The notes under the pieces: generated by a model
What the model was told of the DNA's origin: nothing
Database searches by the model: none
Seen by the model: only the letters and a program-made list of their open reading frames with translations
Assembly (NCBI GenBank): GCA_038243585.1
Contig: JBBSQY010000023.1
Location: 1 to 47,994 of the forward strand
Length of the DNA: 47,994 nucleotides
Direction: 5' to 3'
From: Candidatus Sumerlaeales bacterium
GTDB lineage: Bacteria; Sumerlaeota; Sumerlaeia; Sumerlaeales; Sumerlaeaceae
In this document: piece by piece, positions 9,304 through 18,393 of the stretch
Layout of the letters: each line of letters opens with the position of its first letter
Position numbering within the stretch: position 1 is the stretch's first letter
Position numbers and translations under genes: made by a program

Positions 9304-9325
9304 AAAAGGCGCCCAAACGGACGCC
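9302..9325 (-). terminator. Intrinsic terminator downstream of cspA
   Basis: Minus strand GGCGTCC-gttt-GGGCGCC followed by TTTTTT. Confidence 0.65.
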
Positions 9326-9424
9326 CAGAAACTTCTATTTTGAACTTTAAGCTGATTGCCTAAATTCCTTAAAATTTAAAAGTTTAACACAAATTACGAA
9401 ATGAAAAATTATGCAGTTGATGGA

Positions 9425-9637
9425 TCACGGTGAGGCAGGTTTTTGTACGTTAAGCGCCTGAAAGCCTTTTGGCCCCTGCGCGACTTCGTACTCAACATCC
9501 TGGCCTTCGAGCAGGGTGCGAAACCCCTCGCTTACTATTGATGTGTGGTGTACGAAAATGTCTTCACCACCGCCTTCGGGCTCAATAAACCCGAAGCCTT
9601 TTTTGTCGTTGAACCACTTCACTTTACCATTTGCCAT
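9425..9637 (-). CDS. cspA: Cold-shock protein
   Basis: [15 protein letters not shown] (RNP1), DIFVH (RNP2), GPKG; SD GGAGGTG. Confidence 0.95.
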   Translation of the reverse strand: MANGKVKWFNDKKGFGFIEPEGGGEDIFVHHTSIVSEGFRTLLEGQDVEYEVAQGPKGFQALNVQKPASP

Positions 9638-9961
9638 TGTTCCAACTCACCTCCGTCCGATGTATTTGTTTTTTGCATATCAAATAAATTATGAGTCCAA
9701 AGGCCGGGAAGGAAACGGGGAACGGGAGCAGGCGTAAATTACTCTTTTGCGGTATTAAGAACGAATTCACTACAGGAAGAGTTTTCGATATAACCAACGT
9801 GAAGAGTCAAACGCAAAGTGCATTCTAATATCCTAAAGTTCGCCTACCATATGTTGCTGCTTAAGCCTCCGCAGCATGACCTGGCAATTTGGTCCGTAAT
9901 GGCAAATTGTGCAGAGACTATATAAGCCACAAATCCTGATTAACAGATCGTTGGAGGCAAG

Positions 9962-10720
9962 CTAGCTGATCAGCAAGAGGCCTGCTTCGTATGTGACCAG
10001 CCATTCATTATCATTTTCTCGGTGGATGTCGTACAGTTCAGTCTGGCTTAAAAGCTCTTTTGGCCACTGGGTCAGATCTACAGTCCAGCTTGTTAGATTG
10101 AAACGGTGATTCCGAGCTGTTTCCACCAGCATTGTTTCCGGTCTGGAATAGCCCGTTGTATACATAATACGGGACGGTTGCAAACCCCAGCGAGCACAGG
10201 ATGAGAGGGCTGTTGTTATCTGCTGAGTTGCGATTCCCCACCCCTCTCGGCCCTTTGTCTTATCTTTAAAGGCGGACAGGAAGGACTGACGCTCGAAAGA
10301 CCAGGCGAAGTCCGATAGATTATAGTGGAGAATAACCTCTCCTGCAAATTTTCGCTCAAGCAGGCCCAGATCGTAGGCAAGCATGGCCTCTGCCGCAGCC
10401 CAGAAGTGTCCGCGGGCCAGTCCTGGCAAACGAGCGAATCCGGTAGGCACACAGGAAAGACCCGTCTTGACGAGGCGAGGCAACGATGCCGGAAGCCGCG
10501 GGATTTCTTTCGCCTGTCCTGTGCTGACCAAGCGGGCATAGTACAGAAAATCCGGCACCATCACGAGGAGGCGTGCTGAAATTTCCATAGTCCGGCCTCG
10601 GGCGCGCCAAGCCGACCACTGCCACGCCGTTATAAGAAACACTACATGGTCGGGAAACATTGAAACAGTGTTGTCCAGATCAGCAATATCCACATTTCGA
10701 AGATCAATTCTGAGCTTCAC
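9962..10720 (-). CDS. Hypothetical protein
   Basis: 252-aa ORF; GTG start overlaps the stop of the upstream oxidoreductase (GTGA). Confidence 0.65.
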   Translation of the reverse strand: MKLRIDLRNVDIADLDNTVSMFPDHVVFLITAWQWSAWRARGRTMEISARLLVMVPDFLYYARLVSTGQAKEIPRLPASLPRLVKTGLSCVPTGFARLPGLARGHFWAAAEAMLAYDLGLLERKFAGEVILHYNLSDFAWSFERQSFLSAFKDKTKGREGWGIATQQITTALSSCARWGLQPSRIMYTTGYSRPETMLVETARNHRFNLTSWTVDLTQWPKELLSQTELYDIHRENDNEWLVTYEAGLLLIS

Positions 10721-12744
10721 TTACTGTCTCCGACTGCTGTTAAAACCGCGTTAATGATTTCGGGAGGGAAACCGTAATCTTCCAAATCTTTCGTTGCCGG
10801 CTTTTCCTGAGGCAATGTTTCATATAGGCTCCTGATCCAGTTTTCGAGCCTCAGCGCTTCGGGCATTTCGACCGGCGGCATAAATTCCATTTTATAAGCT
10901 CCGGCAGATCTGCCCTCCCCTATCGACTTAATGGAACTTGTAAACGCTTCGTGCTCCTCAGTAAATCCTCCGCCTGTGTAATCGGGCGACATATTAAATG
11001 GAAGATCATAATCCAATTGTGTTTTCAGCGAAATATGTCCATCAGATTCAACGACGGTGATACATGAATTCTCCACCCGCAAGGTTCCGTGTTCACATTC
11101 GAGTTCTACCAGGTTATAGGGTCGTGCGTACCCTGGCACCGACCAGCATGCCAAAAGGGTGCATCGGGTTGACTTAATGGAAAACCGCGCAGCCACTGCA
11201 TCTTCTACCTCGGTGCTGTGAATGGGCCACTGCCATCCTCGCACTTCCGTATCAGGCCAACCCAGTAGCCGGAAGAGCATAGAGGCAACATGGCAACCGA
11301 AATTGATCATGACTCCGCCGCCCGCACGGGCTTTAAGCATTTCCCAACGAACCGGTTCTGCAGCCATAATATGAGTCTGTAGCGCCACCCCGCGAGCCTT
11401 ATGTATATGGCCTAATTTGTTCATTCGGGCCAAGTGATATGCTGTGAGCAAATGGGGAAACTGGGCGGCCATATATCCGGAGTGAACGATCAGGTGGGGG
11501 TATTTTTCCCTGAGAAAGCGCCACTCTTCTGCGACTTCACGATTAACCGAAAGTGGTTTTTCGACGAGGATGTGCAGTCCGGCATCCAAACATTGGTGCG
11601 CTACCGCCAAATGAGTGTCTGCAGGAGTAGCGATAATCGCGGCCTGGGGAGGATCATTGGAGTTCAATGCCGCATTCAGGGAACCATAAAAGGGCGCGTT
11701 AAAGCCCATGCTGCGATAAAGGTTCGCTGGTTTAGGGTTGGGTTCTACAACTCCGGCCAATCGGGCAGCCGAGTTGTGGATGATCTGCAGGCCGTGTACA
11801 ATGCCAATTTTCCCGGCACCAATGAGGACTACGGGTATGCGGTCATCCCGCTCCCGTTCCACCGGCTGCACGCTTTGACGAAGTCCTTCCTGCAGATTAC
11901 GCAAAGTCAGCCCCAGGCGCTGGAGTGATGGGGCGGTATCCATGCGTTGCACGTTTTCAAGTCCGCGCAAATTGTCCATGCTAACGGGGAGCGGCACGCG
12001 CAGTTTCTCTCCGAACCCGACAATGACCTTTACGGGCGCAAGGGGCACATTTACGTGACGTGTTGGTTTGCCTTCAGCTATCGCAATGCCTTTAAGAAAG
12101 TCTTTAAGTGGAAGCCCTTCCGGGTCGCCCAGGTCATACTCTCCCCCCTCAAAGGCGGAGAAATCATCCAGTATTGTCAGCATTGCAGCGCATAAGTCAT
12201 CCACATGTATGGGCTGAACCAGTGCCTTTCCTCCGCCGAGCAGCGGCAGGGCCGGCATCCGCTTCACAGTTGCGCGCATTCTGGCGAATAATCCGGCGGA
12301 ACCCGGTCCATAGACAAGCCCAGGTCGAAGGATTGCCCATGGGTTTCCAGAAGCTCGAATTATCTCTTCGCAACGCCTTTTTGTTGTCGCGTATGCCGAT
12401 GCGTTTTTGCCGTAAACGGATTGCGTGGACGTAAATATGACAGGCGTCCGGGCTGTTTTGGCGAGCCGGAGGAGGTAATCGGTTCCATACTCGTTTACGG
12501 CCTGTGACTCAGCGGCCTTGTCTGAAGTTGTGATAGCCGCAAGATGCACAATCGCGTCTACGCCGGCCAGTGCGGAGGCCGGTATATCATAGGGCAGCGA
12601 TCCATATACCCGCTGAACTCCGACAGAGACCCGCGATGCGGAGGATGGTCTGACAAGCGTCACGACCTGGTGATCCTGCTGTAGGGCCAGTTTACAAAAT
12701 CGGGAGCCGATGAACCCCGATCCGCCGGTAACAAACAGTTTCAA
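10717..12744 (-). CDS. Fusion of NAD-dependent epimerase/dehydratase (extended SDR) and Gfo/Idh/MocA oxidoreductase
   Basis: N-term VTGGSGFIG, HLAA, YATTK, LRPGLVYG, IHVDD; C-term LIGAGKIG, IATP..TH, ILVEKP, GGGVM. Confidence 0.85.
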   Translation of the reverse strand: MKLFVTGGSGFIGSRFCKLALQQDHQVVTLVRPSSASRVSVGVQRVYGSLPYDIPASALAGVDAIVHLAAITTSDKAAESQAVNEYGTDYLLRLAKTARTPVIFTSTQSVYGKNASAYATTKRRCEEIIRASGNPWAILRPGLVYGPGSAGLFARMRATVKRMPALPLLGGGKALVQPIHVDDLCAAMLTILDDFSAFEGGEYDLGDPEGLPLKDFLKGIAIAEGKPTRHVNVPLAPVKVIVGFGEKLRVPLPVSMDNLRGLENVQRMDTAPSLQRLGLTLRNLQEGLRQSVQPVERERDDRIPVVLIGAGKIGIVHGLQIIHNSAARLAGVVEPNPKPANLYRSMGFNAPFYGSLNAALNSNDPPQAAIIATPADTHLAVAHQCLDAGLHILVEKPLSVNREVAEEWRFLREKYPHLIVHSGYMAAQFPHLLTAYHLARMNKLGHIHKARGVALQTHIMAAEPVRWEMLKARAGGGVMINFGCHVASMLFRLLGWPDTEVRGWQWPIHSTEVEDAVAARFSIKSTRCTLLACWSVPGYARPYNLVELECEHGTLRVENSCITVVESDGHISLKTQLDYDLPFNMSPDYTGGGFTEEHEAFTSSIKSIGEGRSAGAYKMEFMPPVEMPEALRLENWIRSLYETLPQEKPATKDLEDYGFPPEIINAVLTAVGDSK

Positions 12745-12946
12745 ATGCGAATCCTGTATGCTTGTCTCAACGCAAGACCCGTATTAACACATCGATATAG
12801 AAAAAGAAACCTTGGACCGTATTCCCGGTAAAACAATTTTTATCTCGCGTCATGGTGTAAAAAACTGAATTCTCCCGGTTAGACATTCAACAGGAACCGT
12901 GACCATCTGTTAAATTTTTATGTAAGCCGGATATCAGGCGCCTATT

Positions 12947-15541
12947 TTGTCTCAAACAATAGAAAGCAAACCCATCTTTAACGGCAATGTCGCAGAGAAA
13001 ATTCGTGAGCTGATCAAGCAGTACGACGGCAACGAAGTTTTTCTGGTGGGTACGTGTGAGCCGGACGGCACAGTCATCGCGGTTGAGCCCATGGCATTTG
13101 GCAATAAAAACACCGTTCCTGCTCCCGCTCAGAACGCCACTCCGGGGCAGGTCTTGATTCATAACCATCCATCTGGCGAACTTCAGCCTTCCGAGGCGGA
13201 TATCAGCATTGCCTCCCTGTATGGCAAGGCCGGCGTTGGTTTTTACATTACGAACAACGATTGTGATGCAGTGCGGGTGGTTGTTAAGCCGTTTTTTCCG
13301 AAGGAGGCGGTTCCAGTAGAGTTTGCGCAACTGGAAAACCTGTTTGGGCGTGGAGGCCATCTAAGCCAAACTTTCCCCGCTTTTGAGTTTCGTCCACAGC
13401 AGTTGGCCATGATGGGACTGGTAACTGACGCCTTAAACAGCTCTAAAATTGCGGTGATTGAAGCTGGCACCGGGGTTGGAAAATCCTTCGCTTATCTCGC
13501 TCCATCAATCCTTTGGGCGCTGGCGAACAAAAAGCGGGTGGTGATTTCAACAAACACGATCAACCTGCAGGAGCAGCTGCTGAATAAGGATCTGCCGGAG
13601 CTGGCGTTGCAGATGAATGTGGTGGTAAAGGCGGTGCTGGCAAAGGGGCGCGGAAATTACGTGAGCCTGCGCCGTTTAAAGTACAGTGCCGGGCGCGCAG
13701 ATCTATTTGCGGAAGACCGCAACGGCGAGATCAATTCTCTGATGGATTGGGCCGAAAAAACAGAGGTTGGATCAAAGTCGGATTTCCCCTTTCATGTATC
13801 GGACGATACGTGGGAGGCCGTAATGAGCGATAAAGATGACTGCCTTCGCGCCGCCTGCCCGACTTTTGATAAGTGCCACTTCTATAAATCAAGGCGTGAG
13901 GCTGCCAACGCGGATATTATCATCGCGAATCACCATCTGGTTATGGCAGATGTTTCTCTCCGTCAGGAAAACTCCGGTAACGATTACGTCGGCATTTTAC
14001 CGCCGTATGACCGGATTGTTTTCGATGAGGCGCATAACCTGGAAGAGGTCGCGACTAAGTATTTCACTTCTGAAACCAGCCTTCTCGCGATCCGTCGGCA
14101 GTTGTTTAAAATCTCACGAACTCGCGACCGTTCCGGTGTGCTTCATGTGCTATACGGAGCGGTAAAGGCCCATAAAGCCGCGAGTCGATATCCCGTGGTT
14201 GGCGAAATTCTTCCCCTAATGGCGGAGCAGATATTGCCGACTCGCGAAGAGGTAGAGACCGCCCTGACTATGTATTTTGAGGAATTTTTTGTGGACTCCC
14301 TCACGTTTTTCCACGCGGACAACCTTAAAGATAACGAGCGCCGGGAGTTTCGGATAACCGCCGCGGTGTCGGGCAGTCCGTATTGGGCGAAGGTTCGCGA
14401 GTTGATTGAGAGTATGATCAACAACCTTCATCGCCTTATCGACCAGTTTGATCGTTTAGATACTCTTATCAGCAGATTGCCGGATGAGTTTCTGGCCGAC
14501 ATTACGGAACCACGCCTCCGGCTGTTTTCGGCTGCGCGCAAGCTGAAGGAACATGACTCTGCTATGCGTTTCTTTTTATCGGCGGACAAAGATGATTTCT
14601 GCCGTTGGATCGAGCTGGGGTATCGCAGGGGCAGACCATATATTTATCCAACTACCGCGCCGTTGGATATCTCACAAAATCTGCGTGATGCTTTGTTTGC
14701 TCGCAAGAACACTGTGGTGTTGACCAGCGCTACGCTTAGCATTGAAGATGACTTCTCGTATTTTACTAAACAGGTGGGGCTTCACGGCGGTTCAGGTAGT
14801 CAGCAGGCCAAGACAAAGACGGAAGGCCCGATTGGACTGGATCAAGTATTGGACCGGTGCGAGTTTCTGAAACTTGATACCCCATTTGACTATGCCAAAA
14901 ATTGTATTATTGGAATTCCAAAAGACTTGCCCGCGCCATCCGCCCCGGATTTCCACAAAAAAATAGCCCCTGCCATCGTAGAAGCCATACGCATAACAGA
15001 GGGTCGCGCGATGGTGCTTTTTACCTCCTATTACGCGCTTCGACAGGTTGCGGAGCTATGTCGGGGCCCCTTGTTGCAGTCTGGAATTACCAGTCTCCAA
15101 CAGGGAGAGATGCCACGGCACCAGTTGGTGGAGAGTTTTCGTTGCGCGCGAAAAGCCGCCCTGTTTGCAACATCTTCCTTTTGGGAGGGAGTCGACGTAC
15201 AAGGTGACGCGCTACAATGCTTGATTCTGACAAAGCTTCCGTTCTCTGTTCCAAGTACTCCCCTGTTTGAAGCGCGCGCCGAGATGCTTGAAAGGCGCGG
15301 AGGAAATCCCTTTTACGAAATTGCAGTGCCGCAGGCCGTGATTAAGTTTAAACAGGGTTTTGGTCGCTTGATACGAAGTCATTCCGACAAGGGCTTTGTG
15401 CTTGTGCTGGATAATCGCGTGCTTGTTCAGCGGTATGGCCGTATCTTTATAAAGAGTCTGCCACCCGCTCGCCGCTCGGAAGGATCGCAGATTGATATTT
15501 TAAGTGAGATTAAGAGGTTTATGTTAGATGATTTCCTGTGA
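12947..15541 (+). CDS. dinG: DinG/YoaA-family helicase with N-terminal JAB/MPN domain
   Basis: HNHPSG..PSEAD JAB motif; FEFRPQQ, EAGTGVGKS, DEAH, TSATL, FWEGVD, KQGFGRLIR. Confidence 0.88.
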   Translation: MSQTIESKPIFNGNVAEKIRELIKQYDGNEVFLVGTCEPDGTVIAVEPMAFGNKNTVPAPAQNATPGQVLIHNHPSGELQPSEADISIASLYGKAGVGFYITNNDCDAVRVVVKPFFPKEAVPVEFAQLENLFGRGGHLSQTFPAFEFRPQQLAMMGLVTDALNSSKIAVIEAGTGVGKSFAYLAPSILWALANKKRVVISTNTINLQEQLLNKDLPELALQMNVVVKAVLAKGRGNYVSLRRLKYSAGRADLFAEDRNGEINSLMDWAEKTEVGSKSDFPFHVSDDTWEAVMSDKDDCLRAACPTFDKCHFYKSRREAANADIIIANHHLVMADVSLRQENSGNDYVGILPPYDRIVFDEAHNLEEVATKYFTSETSLLAIRRQLFKISRTRDRSGVLHVLYGAVKAHKAASRYPVVGEILPLMAEQILPTREEVETALTMYFEEFFVDSLTFFHADNLKDNERREFRITAAVSGSPYWAKVRELIESMINNLHRLIDQFDRLDTLISRLPDEFLADITEPRLRLFSAARKLKEHDSAMRFFLSADKDDFCRWIELGYRRGRPYIYPTTAPLDISQNLRDALFARKNTVVLTSATLSIEDDFSYFTKQVGLHGGSGSQQAKTKTEGPIGLDQVLDRCEFLKLDTPFDYAKNCIIGIPKDLPAPSAPDFHKKIAPAIVEAIRITEGRAMVLFTSYYALRQVAELCRGPLLQSGITSLQQGEMPRHQLVESFRCARKAALFATSSFWEGVDVQGDALQCLILTKLPFSVPSTPLFEARAEMLERRGGNPFYEIAVPQAVIKFKQGFGRLIRSHSDKGFVLVLDNRVLVQRYGRIFIKSLPPARRSEGSQIDILSEIKRFMLDDFL

Positions 15542-15683
15542 ATTTTAGTGCATTTGTTCTATAGAAAACTTACCCGTATTAGCCCTCTGGCTAATTCCAA
15601 CTAAACACCCTTGTTCTGAATAAACCTGATTCGGGACAGGAATGTAGAAGCCATTTTACTACTTATTAGGTTCGAGGTTTGAT

Positions 15684-18257
15684 TTGCCCGCACGTAAGAC
15701 CGATGAAACGAATGAAGCCACGCCAATCAAAACTGCCAAAGCTGTCAAAGCCCCGGTGCGCAAGGCGGCTGTCAAAAAACCTGCTGTGAAAAAGAAGGCT
15801 GTCAGCGGCACAGCTGTGAAAAAAACCACAGTAAAGACAAAGGCAACACCTCGCGTTTCCAAACCGCGCGCCACCTCATCGGCATCCAGTGCAGCTGGTA
15901 AAAATCTCGTTATTGTCGAGTCTCCGGCCAAAGCAAAGACCCTTCAAAAATACCTCGGCAGTGATTTTAAAATTGAGGCTAGCATTGGGCACGTTAAAGA
16001 TCTGCCGACTTCTAAAATTGGCGTCGATATTGAGAACGGATTCAGCCCCGACTATGTCATTTTAAAGGGAAAAGAAAAGGTCATTGAGCGAATCCGAAAA
16101 AGCGCGGCAGTGGCTAAAAATGTATACCTGGCACCCGATCCTGATCGCGAAGGCGAAGCGATCGCTTTTCACTTGGCCAGCGAACTAAGCGATCTTAATA
16201 TGGATGACCGGATATTTCGGGCCACTTTTAATGAGATCACACGCAAAGCCGTCAATGAAGCCATTGCCAATCCGCGAACAATTAATATGGCGCTTTTCGA
16301 AGCGCAACAGGCCAGGCGTATCCTCGACCGCCTTGTGGGTTTTAAAGTTTCACCGCTTTTATGGAAAAAAGTCACTTTCGGCTTGAGCGCAGGACGCGTG
16401 CAGAGTGTGGCTGTGCGCATTATTGTCGATCGTGACCGTGAAATTAAGGCTTTTGTGGCAGACGAATACTGGTCTCTTGAAGCGCGTGTAGATGCGGCAA
16501 CCCCGCCACCGTTTGTTATGAAGCTTTCTCACATTGATGGAAAAAAAGCGGAAATGGCAACGGAGGAACATGTCCGTGAACTTCTTCAAGCGCTAAAGGC
16601 TGGTGATGTCGAGGTCGTCGAGCAGGAAACCGATGAAAACCAGGTTGGCCGCAGAGATCGGACCCGAAAGAAAGTGCGGGCGAAGACGGATTCGAAATGG
16701 ACTGTCTCCCGCATCGAGAAGAAAGATGTAAAGCGTCGCCCATCGCCTCCTTTCATTACCAGCACGCTTCAACAGGAAGCCAGCCGCAAATTTGGCTACG
16801 GCGCTAAGAAGACCATGGGTCTGGCCCAGCGCCTATACGAAGGACTGGAACTTGGCTCCATGGGACATACGGCCCTTATCACTTATATGCGTACCGATTC
16901 GACACGCATATCCCCTGATGCTGTCACGAATGTACGGGACTATATACGAAGAGTTTACGGTGACAAATCACTACCGGCTGGTCCCAACGAATTTCGCTCG
17001 AAAAAAAGCGCCCAGGATGCTCATGAATGCGTACGGCCCACAGACATGAGTTTAACTCCTGAAAGTGTTTCGCCTCACTTAGAAGCGGACCAGCTAAAGC
17101 TTTACACAGTAATCTGGAACCGCTTCGTTGCATCGCAAATGGCGGATGCCATTTTCGAACAAACACGAATTGAGAGCAAGCCTACGGATCAACTTATGTT
17201 TACGGCTACGGGGCTCGTCCAAAAATTTGCCGGATATCTTGCCGTTTATGAAGAAGGCCGTGACGAACAAAACGACGATGATTCAGAAGCTCGGCTTCCC
17301 CAGGTAGTCGAAGGTGATCGTCTTGACGTCAGTGAATTGCGGGGCATTCAGCATTTTACCCAGCCACCCCCACGATATACGGAAGCAACATTAGTAAAGG
17401 AACTGGAAAAACAGGGCATTGGCAGACCGTCCACGTATGCTACGATTGTAACTGTAATCCAGGATAAAAAATATGTCGAAAAAGATGATTCCCGTCGCTT
17501 TCGATCCACGGATCTTGGCAACATCGTTACGGATTTGCTTGTAGATAACTTTCCGGAAGTCCTTGATGTGGGATTTACAGCCCAGATGGAGCAGCGACTG
17601 GACGCGGTGGAAGACGGGTCACAAAATTGGCAGACGCTTCTTACAGAATTCTACTCCGGCTTTAGTGAGCGCTTGGACGCTGCCGCGAAAAACATGAAAG
17701 ATATCAAGAAGGAAGAAACTCCTACTGACATCATGTGCGATAAATGCGAACAGGGTACCATGGTTGTGAAGTTTGGGCGAAACGGGCGCTTTCTTGCCTG
17801 TCCACGGTATCCAGAATGCAAAAACACTAAAGAATATATTACGTCGGAATCGGGAGAAATCAGCGCTGTTACGGCGGTTGAGAGTGACGAGGAATGTCCG
17901 GCTTGCGGAAAACGTATGGTGTTAAAATCTGGACGTCACGGCCGGTTCCTGGCCTGCCCAGGCTATCCGGAATGCAAGACCATTATTCCTTTTAAAACTG
18001 GTGTAAAATGCCCCGACTGCAACACGGGTGACCTGGTAGAGCGGGTTAGTAAGCGCGGGAAAATGTTTTTTTCCTGCAATAGTTACCCAGCCTGCGAACA
18101 CGTGGAGTGGTATCGCCCAGTACCGAAAGAATGCCCGGAATGCAAAAACCCTTATCTGACGCAGCGAGACGGGAAGAAGCCGTCCCTTGTATGTCCTCAA
18201 TGCAAATACACGGAAGTTCAGGCTGGAGATGATACTGCAGTGCAGGCTGGTGTCTAA
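15684..18257 (+). CDS. topA: DNA topoisomerase I with N-terminal Lys/Ala-rich extension and four C-terminal Zn ribbons
   Basis: LVIVESPAKAK, DPDREGE, SAGRVQS, ITYMRTDS, GIGRPSTYA. Confidence 0.96.
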   Translation: MPARKTDETNEATPIKTAKAVKAPVRKAAVKKPAVKKKAVSGTAVKKTTVKTKATPRVSKPRATSSASSAAGKNLVIVESPAKAKTLQKYLGSDFKIEASIGHVKDLPTSKIGVDIENGFSPDYVILKGKEKVIERIRKSAAVAKNVYLAPDPDREGEAIAFHLASELSDLNMDDRIFRATFNEITRKAVNEAIANPRTINMALFEAQQARRILDRLVGFKVSPLLWKKVTFGLSAGRVQSVAVRIIVDRDREIKAFVADEYWSLEARVDAATPPPFVMKLSHIDGKKAEMATEEHVRELLQALKAGDVEVVEQETDENQVGRRDRTRKKVRAKTDSKWTVSRIEKKDVKRRPSPPFITSTLQQEASRKFGYGAKKTMGLAQRLYEGLELGSMGHTALITYMRTDSTRISPDAVTNVRDYIRRVYGDKSLPAGPNEFRSKKSAQDAHECVRPTDMSLTPESVSPHLEADQLKLYTVIWNRFVASQMADAIFEQTRIESKPTDQLMFTATGLVQKFAGYLAVYEEGRDEQNDDDSEARLPQVVEGDRLDVSELRGIQHFTQPPPRYTEATLVKELEKQGIGRPSTYATIVTVIQDKKYVEKDDSRRFRSTDLGNIVTDLLVDNFPEVLDVGFTAQMEQRLDAVEDGSQNWQTLLTEFYSGFSERLDAAAKNMKDIKKEETPTDIMCDKCEQGTMVVKFGRNGRFLACPRYPECKNTKEYITSESGEISAVTAVESDEECPACGKRMVLKSGRHGRFLACPGYPECKTIIPFKTGVKCPDCNTGDLVERVSKRGKMFFSCNSYPACEHVEWYRPVPKECPECKNPYLTQRDGKKPSLVCPQCKYTEVQAGDDTAVQAGV

Positions 18258-18393
18258 CACTGATGGGAGACGGTTCACGATATTGAACTTCTCAAATTTT
18301 TCATTAATGCTGTCTGTACCCCCTTTTGACGTGGAAGCAATTCTTGGGGGTGCGTCATCCAACGAAAGATATTAGATCGAATTGAGGCGCTAA

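Noticed and set aside
15555..15568. TGTTC-tata-GAAAA near-palindrome upstream of topA, resembling a TGTTC-N4-GAACA LexA box
   Set aside because: Single imperfect instance; not seen before dinG or the AddB-like gene
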